DNA of 64,000 nucleotides. Origin: Octopus vulgaris (taxonomy: Eukaryota). The position numbers and the translations under genes are program-made. The first letter of the stretch is position 1; each line of letters opens with the position of its first letter. The stretch lies in assembly GCA_951406725.2 (NCBI GenBank), contig OX597816.1:157790001-157854000 (forward strand), in the 5' to 3' direction. Under the pieces are notes generated by a model. The model did not search any database. It was not told where the DNA came from and saw only the letters and a list, made by a program, of their open reading frames with translations. Shown in pieces: positions 38,265 to 52,725 of this stretch.

Positions 38265-39338
38265 AGGTCGAGTATTCAAAGAGCATGCTTCACCACCTTG
38301 TCCCATGTCTTCCAGGGTCTAGCTCTTCCACAGTTACAGATTGACACTTCTTTACACAGCTGTTCTCATCCATACACATCGCATGATGATGCCAGTGCAT
38401 TCGTCTCTCTTGCACACCACATCTGATGCCTCTTATGCCCAGTTTTTCTCTCAAGACACTTACATTCTGTCACTCATGCACACTGACATTGCACACCCAG
38501 TGATGCATACTAGCTTCATTTCTTTCAAGCCTTTGTATGTCCTCAGCAGTCATAGCCCATGTTTCACTGCCATGGAGCATGGCTGTTTGCACACAGCCAA
38601 CATACAGTCTGCCTTTCTTCATGAGGAAGAGACCCTTTCTTACCAACAGAGGTAAAAGCTCTCTAAACTTAGCTCAGCCTCTTCTTATTCTAGCAGCCAC
38701 ACTCTTGGAACATCTGCCTCCACTACTGACTTAGTCACTTAGATAATGGAAGCTATCAACCACTTCTAGCTTTCCCTGCTGGCATTTCTGTACATTTGTA
38801 GTGTTTATTGTATCTGTACATCTGCTACACACAAAGACTTTTTTCCCTGTTAACTTTCCTCTGATATTGCTGCAACTCTTATGCATCCAAAGCTTGCACT
38901 GAGAACATCTTATGGAGTTTCTACTGATGTTTTTTCTACATATCAAGCAGGGCCATCTACCTGAAGGGATTTGTGATTTGTCTGTCTTCCTACTTACCAA
39001 GACTTTGGTTTTTGCTAGGTTACCTCTAAGACCCTTTGATTCTAGACCTTGCTTTCACATCTGGAATTTCTTCTCTAGTTCTGGTTGTGAATCAGCTATA
39101 AGAACAAGGTCACCAGCATAGAGAAGTTCCCAGGGGCAGGCTGACTTAAATTCCTCTGTTACTGCCTGGAAGACTATGATGAACAAGAGGAGGCTGAGGA
39201 ATGATCCTTGGTGAACACCTTCTTGTACCCTGAATTCATCGCTATACTTGTCGACCCTCACCTTACTGATAGAATCCCTGTACATGTCTTGTACAGCTCT
39301 CACCAACTACTCACCTATCCCTAGCTTCTGCATTGACC
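38265..39338 (-). mobile_element. RTE LINE fragment (RT plus PHD-like finger)
   Basis: GVHQGSFLSLLLF, PWELLYAGDL and CLICRKNISRNSIRCSQCKLWMHKSC. Confidence 0.88.
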
Positions 39339-40698
39339 ATCATCGTTTAATGCCCGCTTTCCATGCTAGCATGGGTTGGACGATTTGACTGAGGACTGGC
39401 GAACCAGATGGCTGCACCAGGCTCCAATCTGATCTGGCAGAGTTTCTGCAGCTGGATGCCCTTCCTAACGCCAACCACTCCGAGAGTGTACTGGGTGCTT
39501 TTACGTGCCACTGGCACGAGGGCCAGTCAGGCGGTACTGGCAATGACCATGCTGAAGTGGTGTTTTTTACGTGCCACCTGCACAGGAGCCAGTCCAGCGA
39601 CTGTGGCAACGACCTCGCTCGAATGTTTTTCATGAGTCATTGGCACAAGTGCCAGTAAGACGATGCTGGTAACGATCACGTTTGAATGGTGCTTTTTACG
39701 TGCCACCGGCATGGAAGCCAGTCGGATGGTGCTCTTAGCGCTCCACTGGCACGGGAGCCAGTCATCAAATTTGCGAATTTGATTTGATTTCAATTTCACA
39801 TCGAAGTGTACAGTATTATATATCCATTACAGCCAATCTTACCAATTGGTTTCACACGGGATGAACAGGGGGTTAAATAACATCTCAATTATTTAACCCT
39901 GAGTTCTTCAGAGATGTCAGTTATGGAAGAAAATATAGCGACTGCTTTCTATTGTTAGAGTTTAAAAGACACATCTGGTTAAGTAGTTGCTGTGAAAGAC
40001 GATAAAATGAAGCAAGGGTTCAATTAAGAGTTATGTCCCTTGGCACAAAAAAATTCTGGGGGTGTTGGAAGACAAGAGCTTGCATCCAAACCACACACTT
40101 CCGGATTTAGTCCCACTGCATGGCACCTTAGACAAGTGTCCTCTACTATAGCCAAGGGCCATCCAAAGTCTTGTGAGTGGTTTTGGCAGACAGACACAGA
40201 AAAAAAGCCCATCATGTACAATATATTACGAGCACTCAGTTGGTTACAACGAGGGTCCCAGCTGATATGATCAACGGAAATTAGCGTGCAAGTGGCTGAC
40301 CACTCCAAAGACACATGTACCCTTAAAGCAGTTCTCATGGGGAGATTCAACGTGACACAGAGCACGACAGGGCTGGCCCTTTGAAATACAGGTACTACAC
40401 ATTTTTGCCAGCTGAATGGACTGGAGCAACATGAAATAAAGTGTCTTGCTGAAGGACACAATGTGTCACTGGGAATTGAACTCACGACCTTACGATTCTG
40501 AGCTGAATGCCCTAACCACTAAGCCATGTGCCTTCACATGTGTCTGTGGAATGCTCAGCCACTTGCACGTTAATTTCACAAGCAAGTTGTTCCATTGATC
40601 AGCTGGGACCCTCGTTGTTGTAACTGAGTGCTCCTTATATATATATATATATGATATATATATATATATATCAATTGATATATCGGTTCCATTCTAGC

Positions 40699-40747
40699 AA
40701 AAACTGTCTGATGAACGGCAACGAGAAACTCAAGAGTAACAGATTTT
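40699..40747 (+). ncRNA. Minimal type I hammerhead motif in a Penelope-like repeat (40692-40847)
   Basis: ctgt-CTGATGA-a-cg-gcaa-cg-a-GAAA-ctc-aa-gag-TA-acag. Confidence 0.6.
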
Positions 40748-41084
40748 GTTGAATTTTCTGCTGCTTAAAATAAAGCATATTACTCTACCACTGGTATTTG
40801 AGTACTCTTTTTTCCACCTTGTTTCACATTTATGTGTTTACTCCGGTATATATATATATATATGTTTCTCTGTTATTGCTTTATGCTTTCGTTTCTCATT
40901 GTGTTCAACGTTTTTTTTTTTATGTCCTGTAACCAAATATGCATGTATATATACATATATGTATGTATATATGCATATTATTTCATTTATATTGTTATAT
41001 GATTGAACGCCAGTCATCCTTTTCCAAGTATATATATATATATATATATACATATATACATGTAGAAATATATACTGTAGAAAT

Positions 41085-41650
41085 AAAACAAAACTATAGA
41101 TCTCTGCTTCATCCAGTTTATTTCCCAGACCTTGCTCTACTCACCAATCACTTTTGCAAGCATCTTAATAATTTCCTGCAGAAGAAGGTCTTTAACAATC
41201 AGATAACATCTGAAAATGCCTTTGAAGAACTCATCACTTCTAGTATTCCAGAATTTTTTTTTTTTTAATCGAGACATCATCCAGTCAGGCTGATTGCCCC
41301 TGCCAGCCTAACTATCTCTCTCCATCCCTCCCGATCTTCCATTAGTGTTCTTAGGTCTTCAACGTGTCATCCAACGTCTGCAAGCTGTTGTATATATGTC
41401 TTTCGTGGTCTTCCAGCCATGATTTAGTGTCCATAGCAACACATTACTCACAAGTTCTTTACTTCTCCAGCAGTGGCCAGAATTTTAAGTGACTGAAATA
41501 AAAGGATTTGTTTCTTGTTGGCAAAAATATGTAGATTTTTGATGGTTTTTACTTTTAGTTAATAAAATTAATTTTGGACTTAGATATTAAGATATTATTA
41601 CTTTAAAAGTGATGATTAAAAACTATAGTTATTTTATAACATTAACCAAG
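41085..41650 (+). mobile_element. Mariner transposase C-terminal relic split by a ~230-bp insertion
   Basis: LLHPVYFPDLA...KHLNNFLQKKVFNNQ resembles HPPYSPDL; resumes at about 41490 with SCWQKYVD. Confidence 0.7.
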
Positions 41651-42496
41651 TAACCTGATGCGTGTGTGTGTGTTTGTGTGAAGAAGCTCATCTATGTTCA
41701 AGACTTTCTCTCTTATAGTTTTGTAATGTTGTGTATATCTTTTATCTTTTACTCATTTCAGTCATTAGGATGTGGCCATGCTGGGGCACTGCCTTCAAGA
41801 ATTTTTAGTCAAAACAATCAATACCAGTATCTGTAGTCTTTTTTTAAAGCCTAGTACTTATTCTTTCAATCTCTTTTACCAAACAACTAAGTTATGAGGA
41901 TGTAAATACACTGACACTGGTTGTCAAGCAGTGGTGGGGACAAACAGACACATACACATCAATATATATATATGATGGGCTTCTTACAGTTTCCATCAAT
42001 CAAATCCACACACAAAGTTTTGGTTGGCCCAAAGGTGCCACATAGTAGGATTGAACCTGGAACCATATGGTTGAGAAGCAAACTTCTTACCACACAGCTA
42101 TGCCTGCATATGTACATTCCATAAGATATTGACTGACTGGTCATTCACCTTCTTGCCTTCTCTGAGATCTTTTTTGAAAGCTCAGAGTTATATATGCATG
42201 TTGTGCCAAACACTTAATTTTCTATTGAATAAGTTCAACTTTTCTAGTGAATGTGTGAGTGAGAGATGATAAATGAAACCTTGGTTGGAAGGAAGTTCAC
42301 AAATGTTAGGAGAGAAAATTCTGCCATTGCTTTTTAAAGAAATATGTTTGTATTTCTTGTATTTTTAATATATGTGAAATGTATGATGCTGTATATTAAA
42401 GGCAAAATACTTCCTAAAAAAACAAATTGAAGCTTTTTGATCTACACAAACACAAACATGCAATACATACATGAATGCATTTGTGTGCGTGTTTAA

Positions 42497-42717
42497 CCCT
42501 TTCATTACTGTATTTATTTTGACATGCTCTGTATTTCTTTCAATTACTTTAAATATAACAAAGAATTTAGTAAAATAACTTAGTTATCATTAAGCTAGTG
42601 TTAGGAACATAAATTGTGACTAAAGTTTGGTGGAAGATTTTAATTCAAAACTTATGGAAACAAGACATCTGTACTAAAGAGCCAGAGCCGGTTTCAGCTG
42701 GGTTGGTAACGAAAGGA
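42497..42717. mobile_element. piggyBac-like MITE (older reversed copy at about 31300-31510)
   Basis: TTAA flanks on both sides; CCCTTTCATTAC / GTAACGAAAGGA termini. Confidence 0.7.
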
Positions 42718-43649
42718 TTAATGTTGGATAGCCTTGATGCAGCTGACCCATGATCTTTTTAACCATCACCAAACTGTTTTTATTCAAACTGCTTCTTAAA
42801 TTAAATTTGAGAGATTTGGTTGCTGTTTCTAGCTGGTCAAGCAACCACTTAGTCATCCTCACTGATTGCTTTTTGTGTATTTGGTGAATGACATGCTGAC
42901 AGGCGTGTACTTAGGGCACCAAAGAATGTGAGCATGACAAATGGTCAATTTTAAAAGTAAGTTTTTAAAAACAATGCAATGTGTGTTTTTACCTGTTTCC
43001 TTAATTATAAGTAAAAACATTGCTTATATTGTTTGTTTTAAATAATATAATTAAAAAAAAAACAGTATATGTAATTGTGAATGGAAAAAATCTGAATCTA
43101 TGACTTTGTAATTTGACACACAGCACTTATATTTTAGGTTTTATCAGTTATTCAATGAAAAAGTCAAGGAGGCATTGTTCGTTAAGGCCATAAGTTGACC
43201 TGAATCCAGTTTTGTGAGTTGGAGGATGAGAAGTTAATTGTGGCCTGAGTAGGAAAAGAGTCAATACTTAGGATAAACAAATAACCAGAGCCAACAAAGG
43301 AGGCCCTAAGAAGTCAGTCGATCTACTAGAAATAGTAAACAACAAAAAACTAGAAACGTCAAATGACACCTCTCCATCTTAAAAGGTTATATTGTACGAT
43401 GTTGTCCTAGATACACCATCACTATTTTTAGATTGATTTTTTCCATGCTGACATTGACTGATCAGGTTGTTAAAGTTCAAATTAGTTCTTATTTAGAGTT
43501 ACTATCCTTCTATAGAGAGTTGGACCATGTCTCCTGTGCACTTACTATTTTGGCATGTTTTCCCTTACTATCAGCAACCCCTTGATACAATGGGTGCAAA
43601 CCACCTGGAGTCTCAGTCCCTTGCCATCCTTTTTTTTAGTCCTAACATC

Positions 43650-45160
43650 ATAGACCCTTTCTCACCACTTCATCCCATGTCTTCCTGGGTCTACACTTTC
43701 CACATTCTCACTACAATGAGATTGGCACCTCTTGATGCAACTGTATTTACTCATACATATCACATGACTGTACCAGAACAGTCTTCTCTCTTGCATGCTA
43801 CATCTGATGCTATGTATACCCAGTTTTTCTCTCAAATCCCTTACACTCTGTCATATACACACACTGACATTAGCCATCCAGCCATTAAGCCTTTGCATAT
43901 ATCCTCAATAGCCACAGCCCATGTAGCATAGCTATTCATACACAGGCCTCATACTATCTACCTTTCACTCTGAAGGAAAAGCCCTTCATTACTAACAAAG
44001 GCAGTAGCTCTCTGAACTTTACCCAGCCTATTCTTGTAGCTATGCGTTTAGAAGAACCTCCCCCATGACATTTGAGGGAGTCTATTTGTTGTACAATTTC
44101 TGGTGTTTAATGTATCTGCACATCTGCCACATGTAAAGACTTTCTCTGTTAGTCTTCCTGTGATACCATTGCACCTTTTATGTGTCCATAGCTTGGACTG
44201 GGTACATCTTATGGAGTTTCTCCCAACACCTTTTCTACATAATGAGCTGGACCATCTCCCCAAAGGGGTCTGTGATTTGTCTGTTTTCCGACATATCAAT
44301 ATTTAGTTTTTGCTAGATTTGTCCCCAAATCTTTGACCGACTCAGCTATGAGAACTAGGTCAATAACATACAAATCTCATACACAGCTATCCTTAAACTC
44401 CTTTGTTATGGCCTTGAGGATCATAATAAACAGAACCTGGATGAATATTGAACCTAGATGGACACCAACTTGCTTGCTAAATTCCTCACAGAATTTTTTA
44501 ACCATCATCTTGCTGACAGCATTTCTGTAAATGGCTTATATTTTCTAAATGATCACCAGATTACAGAGTATGAAATCCTATCAACTGTTTTCTATAAGTT
44601 GTCAAAATCTAGGCAGAATGGCTTACTTCTAGCTAAGTATTTCTCCTGTAACTGTCTCCATAAGAATGCACCAGTGATACACCATCATACAAACCTGAAC
44701 TATATCTTGTCTGGGCCAATTCTCTGAATCAGTTTTGCTGTAACTTTCATATATTTAGTCCAACAATTTGAAATCACTGTTTTAACACTCTCTGGAATGT
44801 CTCCTTTATCCTTGTAGCAGTTGATGAGATACTGTTAAATCAGGTAGGATAGGCACATTCCTGTCCTACCTGAATGACTATGTAATGCATGATCTACTTT
44901 GATAGATATTTGAAGCAACTCAGCAATTATTCTTTGTGGTCTAATTGCCCCAATTTCCTTAATCAATGACTATATAGTTGCCAATCTCAATGACTGGTAT
45001 CTCTTTACAGTTTACTTGGGTGTAGGCTCTATCTCCCCAAAATTCTCAACACCCTTTTGTAATAGAATTTACATAACTTTTTGCTTTTAGAGTCAGTGTG
45101 AGCAAGTGCACTGCTATATAATATAATTGCTTTCGTATACACTTTTCCTCACCATCTCAC
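43650..45160 (-). mobile_element. Old RTE LINE fragment
   Basis: RKGVGRNSIRCTQSKLWTHKRC plus degraded RT motifs. Confidence 0.75.
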
Positions 45161-45584
45161 AGATGGTAGGGAACTGGGTGATTTGTATATGCTGACATTG
45201 TAAGGGAGGAGTGAGAGGCCAGATATGGCCAGTCTGAGCATAAAACAAGGAAAATATTTAGGCCAGATATGGCTGGTTTAAATCACACTGCTCTATTTAT
45301 AAAGAAAGAACACAATGGATAATGTAGCCCTAAATGACTGGAAAAATATACTAGATGGTCACAGCTGGAATCTCTTTTATGCAGATGTTTAGTTCATTCA
45401 GGTTCACCCAATTTCCCCTCTAACCTCCACCTTCAAAGTATATCTCATTATTATACTGCATCACACTTGGCAGGTGGCTGCCAAGGGAGGTAACAACTGC
45501 TTGAACTTCTTTCACACCTTCCTTATTCTAGTAGCCATGGTTAAAACACAAACACGAAAAGAAAATATAAAAAAGCAAATCTGA

Positions 45585-45963
45585 TTTTAAAAATTGTTAA
45601 AATAGCTTTAATGTCCATTTGCTTAAATTTTTCAATAATCGTGTCAATATATGACAATTTCTTCATTTCCGAGTGACGTGTAAGCTTTTTTTTTCTTTAC
45701 CTCCATATGACCAATGCCACAAATATGCCAAGTGTCTTCTTGTTTGCAAAGTACCCTGCGTTTGGTGTGGATATAAAAGTGGTGATGTTAACATTAGCAG
45801 TTGTGATAGAAGTGGTGGTGGTAGTAGTAGCAGCAGTAGTGGTGATGGTTGTGGCAGTCTTTTTTTTTTATTTTTTTATTTTTTTAATAATATTAGCAGC
45901 CGTGATAAGTTGGTATTAGAGAGCCAATGGTAGCATGCAACACCAAACAGCAGAGAGAAAGAG

Positions 45964-46006
<43 letters not shown>

Positions 46007-47651
46007 TAGAGAGAGAGGTGGGGGTCACATTGAAGACACAGCAAAAGTGAAGAACTGGCTTGAAGTCTTTTGGAATATGCCAGTGACTGCTGTACACCAG
46101 ATGTACACCAGAAGTAATTTAGATGCAAACAAAGTGAATACTGCATTGGTTCTGAATGCAGCACAATATTAACACCAGATGTATTCTAGATGTACTCTAG
46201 ATAGTCACAACATTGGTTGAAAGAAGAGACAAGAATTTGAAAAAAAAAAAAACAAAAAAAAAACATGGTCAATGAATGTCTTTTTTTTTTCTTTTTCATT
46301 TGGAACTTGATTTCTTTGCTTTTTGTTTAACGAAAAAAAGGCTATTTTTTATTAAAAATATAATAATGAAAATTAAAGAAACTAAAGCAATTTTGGTGGA
46401 GTGGAGGTGGGGTAATGGTAGATAGATAATGGCGTGGTGGAAGGGGCTATGATGACATGTATAGAATCAAAGAGTATATTAACAGAAACAGTGTTGGAAT
46501 ACTAGGTAAGGAGCTTACAAAAGAAACATCTGTAGGAAGGGATTACATAGGGACATTCTATTAGAAACATTGGGGGTAGAGGGCAAATAGGGATAAATAG
46601 AAATAATTGAAATAGGATTGGAACATGCTAAGGGAAAGAGTGTAATGTAGTCAGGTAAATGTTTCTAATTTAGGAGCAATGCCTGAGATTTTGAGAGGAG
46701 AGATTAGATAATTAAATAGATTAGTCAATTAAACAGATCCTTGTACTTAACTGGTCGTTTATTTCATCAATAATGCTGAAAGAGGCATTTTTAGGTGGGC
46801 TGAAGTGGAGAAAAATGATAAAAGTCCAACCAGACTTTAGGCAATGGGATACTATTAAACTTAACAAGTGATAAAAGGGAGATTTTAAAAGGGTACTGTA
46901 ATAGAGGGGCGAATGTAGTAGATACACTAGAATATCAAATGACAGAAATAAGAGGTGGAAGGTAGAGGGAGAAATGTTTCAAATTAAAAAAAAACACTAT
47001 TTCACAGAAAGTTTTAAATGCAAACACAGAGATGAACATCATATACACACAAGTACATATAAAGGACATATTGTATGCATATAGAGTATAAACATATACA
47101 GATTACTTGCAGTTATATTGATGTGTGTTTGTGTGTGCAAGAGTGTATGAAGAAGAATATATACTCAATATAGTTACATATCCGTCAGCACACATAAAAA
47201 CACACATACATGCACATATAAGGATACAGATGTGCACATAGTGACACAAACAACTGCATGAATTGTGTATTAGTTAAATGGTTAGTCATAACGTCTGGCA
47301 AACAAGAAGAGAAAAAAAAAAGATGATTTAGATTCCACATTGAGAGATGAAAGAATATTTTGGTTGGCTACAGCAGTATTGAGGGTAGTGTCGACAATTT
47401 CAGTTGCAGCAGCAGCATTTGATGGTTTTGAAAAGAAATTTTTTAAAAATAAAACAAAAAAAAAAATTATAAGAAAAGACAAGAAAATAATATGAAGACC
47501 AATGAATGAGCGGAGGTGGGAGTGGGGTGAAGGAAGAAAACAAATGTCTGTATTTTTCTTTTTTTTGTTTGTTTGTTTTTTGTTTTAATTGCTTGATTTT
47601 CTTTTCTTTTTTTTTTTTTGTAATTTTTTTTCCTTTAATTTAGTTCTCCAT
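45585..47651 (-). other. Probable Csk 3' UTR (~2 kb) ending near an ATTAAA signal
   Basis: Stretch after the stop with few recognisable interspersed repeats. ATTAAA on minus at 45612-45607, followed by a U/GU-rich tract (about 45575-45543). The end point is inferred. Confidence 0.4.
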
Positions 47652-47828
47652 TCACACAGTGGTGGCACGTAAATTGTGCAACATATTCAAGATATCCTGA
47701 AACAACGGCCGATGATTTGGTTCCATATCCCAGGTGTGTCGCATGATTCGGTATATTTCAGGAGGGCAGCCGTCTGGGGTCTCCATTCTGTAGCCCCTTT
47801 CGACATGTCGTACAACTTCAGCAAGAGG
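47652..47828 (-). CDS. CSK: Csk last coding exon: PLAEVVRHVERGYRMETPDGCPPEIYRIMRHTWDMEPNHRPLFQDILNMLHNLRATTV*
   Basis: Polypyrimidine tract plus aag acceptor; phase 0; TGA at 47654-47652. No C-terminal regulatory Tyr tail, as in Csk. Confidence 0.93.
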   Translation of the reverse strand, partial: PLAEVVRHVERGYRMETPDGCPPEIYRIMRHTWDMEPNHRPLFQDILNMLHNLRATTV

Positions 47829-48049
47829 CTTGATAAGTAGCAAAAAAAAGGTGGAGAAAGAAAAGAAAAAACAAATCTGAATGAAAATTTAGTAAACTAA
47901 TTTCAGATAAATTAACAGAAAAAAGAATGAACAACCCTCCCCACTTCTCTCTCACTGTAACCACTGGGTCACCTGTTAGTTTTGCTCTCTATGGATATAC
48001 ATAAATATCAGTGTTTTGATATCGACTTTTCCAAGTACATCAATATCAA

Positions 48050-48810
48050 AATAAATATCAAATGGAAATTGTAGTTGTGATACCTGTACCGGTGGCACGT
48101 AAAAAGCACCATCCGAACGTGGCTGATGGCTGATGCCAGCACTGCTTTGACTGGCTTCTGTGCCAGTAGCATGTAAAAAGCACCAACCGATCGTGGCCGA
48201 TGCCAGCGCCGCCTTGACTGGCTTCTGTGCCAGTAGCACATAAAAAGCACCAACCGATCGTGGCCGATGCCAGCGCTGCCTTGACTGGCTTCTGTGCCAG
48301 TAGCACGTAAAAAGCACCAACCGATCGTGGCCGATGCCAGCGCCGCCTTGACTGGCTTCTGTGCCAGTGGCACGTAAAAAGCACCAACCGATCGTGGCCG
48401 ATGCCAGCGCCGCCTTGACTGGCTTCTGTGCCAGTAGCACGTAAAAAGCACCAACCGATCGTGGCCGATGCCAGCGCTGCCTTGACTGGCTTCTGTGCCA
48501 GTAGCACGTAAAAAGCACCAACCGATCGTGGCCGATGCCAGCGCCGCCTTGACTGGCTTCTGTGCCAGTAGCACGTAAAAAGCACCAACCGATCGTGGCC
48601 ACTGCCAGCCTCCCCTGGCACCTGTGCCAGTGGTACGTAAAAAACACCCACTACACTCACGGAGTGGTTGGCATTAGGAAGGGCATCCAGCTGTAGAAAC
48701 ACTGCCAGATCAGACTGGAGCCTGGTACAGCCTCCTGTCTTCCCAGACCCCGGTTGAACTGTCCAACCCATGCTAGCACAGAAAATAGTCGTTAAACGAT
48801 GATGATGATG
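48050..48810 (+). repeat. RTE 3'UTR element with an expanded 67-bp tandem array (about 48175-48600) in the last Csk intron
   Basis: caccaaccgatcgtggcc recurs at 48181, 48248, 48315, 48382, 48449, 48516 and 48583. Confidence 0.92.
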
Positions 48811-49805
48811 TTTTCCATGCAGCAACAACATCAACATGGAAATATTAAGATAATTTCAGTGTATATCTCATGTAGGTTCAAGACATGCAAGTTTTAATCT
48901 TGAGTCTACAGTGTAGTTTTCAGAGCATCAAATTTGGTTGAATAGTGGAATCAGTAGACTGGTGAACAAAATATTCCGCAGGATTTATTAAGGAACCTTG
49001 TTGCTTTTGAACTTTGGATTTTGAGAAGGATTGAGACAGCAATGGTGAGAGAAATGTGTGGCATGAGGCTGTTTGATAAGAGGGGGACTGAGGACTTGAT
49101 GGGGATGCTGTGGTTGGAGGAATCAGTGGAATGGCTGGCAAGGGTGAATGGAGTGCGGTGGCATGGGCATGTGGTTGAGGAAGGATGAGGAGCATGTTCT
49201 GAAGAGGGTGTTAGAGTTTGAGGTAAATGGGCAGTGAAAGCAAGATAGACTAAAGAAAATATGGAGGGGACAGGTGGGGGAGATTGGGGTGGGGAGTTGG
49301 CTTGAGAAGGGAGGACAGCCAAAACCAGGTGAGATGGTGAGAGAGCAGTTGTTATGGCACTGAGGTAGATCTGGCCACCCCTGTTAACAGGGACAAAACC
49401 CAGATTCAAAATGATGGATAATGATGATGATGACTGAGGTCAACTTTACTTTGTAGCCTTCCAGTGGGACCGAATCTGGAACCATGTGGTTGGGAAGCAA
49501 GTTTCTTGACCACAGAGTCATGCCTGTATCAATCATTTTGCACACGCATTCCTTTGATACAAATGGTTGGACGGAGATCACAGTCTGAGTTCTTATTTGG
49601 AGTCATTGAAATTCTAACAAATTGGGGAGGACATCCCAACAGTCATACATTTAAATACTGACATGGTTATTCTGACTGGATGCCCTTCCTAATGCCAACC
49701 ACTGTACAGAGTGTACTGGATGCTTTTTACATGGCACTGGCACTAGTGAGGTTGCCAAGTAATATGCAAGACAAAAACAAGAAACCCTTCAACTGAGTGG
49801 GGTTA

Positions 49806-50006
<201 letters not shown>

Positions 50007-50239
50007 TCAAATGTGTCTTTGGGAATAGCATTAAACTGTACATGTTATAGTTCATTTAGCAATGGAAGAAATAGTTGCCAGGCCTTTTGTGCATGCTACA
50101 GGGTGATAAACTGAATAACTGTATAGGAGCTGCTATTTTTTTTTTTGACACAACTAAATCTGGAGTTAGAGTTACAAATTGGTTTTACAAGTCCTTGCAG
50201 ATTATAAAAATTTCATTTCTTCAGCTCTCTGTCTCTGTG

Positions 50240-50289
<50 letters not shown>

Positions 50290-51474
50290 AACTGTCGTCA
50301 TTGTCATCGTCACCCTCAACATCAACTTGATAGGAACTGGTGAGCCAGAGGAATGCACCAAGTTCCAATGTCTGCTTTGGTATGATTTCTATGGCTGGAT
50401 GCCCTTCATAGCACACACACCACACATGTTAGTTAACTTATTAACAGTTTAGGCTGGTGCATTGGGAAAATCATTAAAATATCAGGCATAATCCCTTGGG
50501 ATTTTTAGCTACAGCTCCTTATGTCGTGAGTTCAAATCCAGCTGACTATGACTAATTCTTCTAGCACTGGTAAAACAATTACCAATTATGTACTGGGCTT
50601 GATATAATTGTTCTCTCTTCCACTAAATCAATTGAACTTGTAGCCCATTGATAGATATCTCCAGCTACCAAAAGGTCAAATAATCTACTATTATCTGCAC
50701 TACAGCATTTATAAATTCTTTCTACTATAGGCACAAAGCCTGAAATTTTGTGAGGCGGGGATTAGTCGATTACATCAACTCCAGGGCTCGACTGGTACTT
50801 ATTTTATTGACCTCTAAAAGGATAAAAGGATGGAAAGCAAAGTCGACCCTCAGATTGTAAAGCTAGAAGAAATATCAGTAAGCATTTTGTCCAGCAGAGT
50901 AATGATTCTGCTAGCTTGACACCTAAATTATAAATAAATTTTATTTATAAGTAAAAGGTAGTAAATATTAAAACTGTATAGAAAGGAAAAGGCATTTTTC
51001 ATCATGAAAAATTAGGTAATAAATTTGAAGAGATGTCTTATATTAGGCTGCAATTACAGGAAGGCAGATGAATCAACAAAAGAGGGAGGAGAAAAAGAAA
51101 TAATTGATATAAACTGCTTTAAATCTTTCACAAGTCAAAGCAAAATTGATAAGGAATGGGGGAAATAAATCAAAGTCAAAAGATAAACAATTGAACTTTA
51201 ATCCTACACTATTTCAGCCAGATCTATCAATGTATAGAATGTATCAGATGTTGAGGAAAGTTAATAAAAAAACTTTGTTGGTTTTGAAGAGATTGTATGA
51301 ACACATTGTTATGCCCTTGTAGAAAATAGCTAGAAACTTTATGGCATTATTTGTTTGAATGTAAATATTACAGGACTGAGAAAGAAAGGGCATTTTAAAA
51401 ATGATCTTAAAAATACTACCAAAGTTGGAGAAGCAATTTAATTTCAGAGATTTACCAATCATAGAGAAGTTCTA

Positions 51475-52367
51475 TGAGGTGGTATCAAAATGTTCCCAGA
51501 TTAGTTATGTTTAATAAAAAATAACTTATTTTCTTAAATTTTATCATCATCTCCTTCGAAATAATCATAGTCACCTTATGCAGCAATACACCAGTTTCAG
51601 CATTCCTGTCACTTTTGGAATCTGGCCTGGAAGTCACTTTCTATAAGCAAGTCAATGATCTTTTGCAATTCACTCTCGATCTTGACAAGGGTGTTAAAAC
51701 GACAACCTCAGTGGCATTTTCATCTTGGGAAAGAGATGGAAGTTTGCAAATGCTAAATCTGGCAAACAGGACGAGTGCAGAAATGGTACCATGTTGTTTT
51801 TGGCAAGAAACCCACAAGTGAGGAGAGCTTGGTAACAGGGCACATTGTCGTCATGAAGAATTCAATTCTTCGTGTTCTACGGATCCAGTTGCTTTCACCA
51901 AATGTCCCCTCAAATGCTTCAAATTGTCGTTGATTGTCCTCTTACAATTCCCATGCAGAAGCTGATGAGTTTTCTCCACATTTTTGGGGGGTGACACTCG
52001 TGACAGGTCTTCCAGGGACACTCTTCCGTTTTTGATGCACCTGTGCTGCTAAAAACATTGTGTATGACCCATTGCCTTGTTGCTGTAAGCTTGATAAAGT
52101 GTACTCAATGTCTCTGTCGCAAACTTCCCAAGTTTAACGCAAAATTTCATGTTGGCTCTTTGTTCCCGTCCATGACAAAATCACAGACCCCAACATACAC
52201 ATGATCACAAAACCATAAATTTCACAACTTGCAAAGTAAACACAACAATGTCACTCAACACACTGCCTCATCAAGATCACTGCTAGCTCTCACTGCACAC
52301 ATAACTGTGTACTGCCATTTGTTGGCACGCTACAGAACTAGTCAAGGAACTTTTTGGTACCACCTTG
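51475..52367 (-). mobile_element. Internally deleted mariner element
   Basis: TA-flanked TIRs TGAGGTGGTATCAAAA / TTTTGGTACCACCTTG; HTH remnant EQRANMKFCVKLGKFATET on minus. Confidence 0.8.
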
Positions 52368-52620
52368 TAATTCAAGAGAACTACAAAAAGATTTTAACAA
52401 CTGAGACATTCAACTGTTTGTTATCTGTTCCCACTTCTTCCTCCATTTTTTCCCTAGTTTCTAGTCGTGCTTTTGTTTTTGATTTATTCTTTGTATAACG
52501 GTTCTTAGATATCTTCCTCAGTCTGTTATGACTTACTAACTTTACGCAGACATTTAAACTGACTGATTAAATAAATAACATGACCAACATGTGTTTTAAA
52601 AATAAAATGAGAAGATGTTA

Positions 52621-52725
<105 letters not shown>

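Noticed and set aside
48175-48600. CRISPR-like regular repeats
   Set aside because: Head-to-tail units with no unique spacers, no cas genes, eukaryotic context.
47976-48837. Long ORFs of 188-259 aa
   Set aside because: Translations of the 67-bp tandem repeat in an RTE 3'UTR; the same peptides cycle through all frames.
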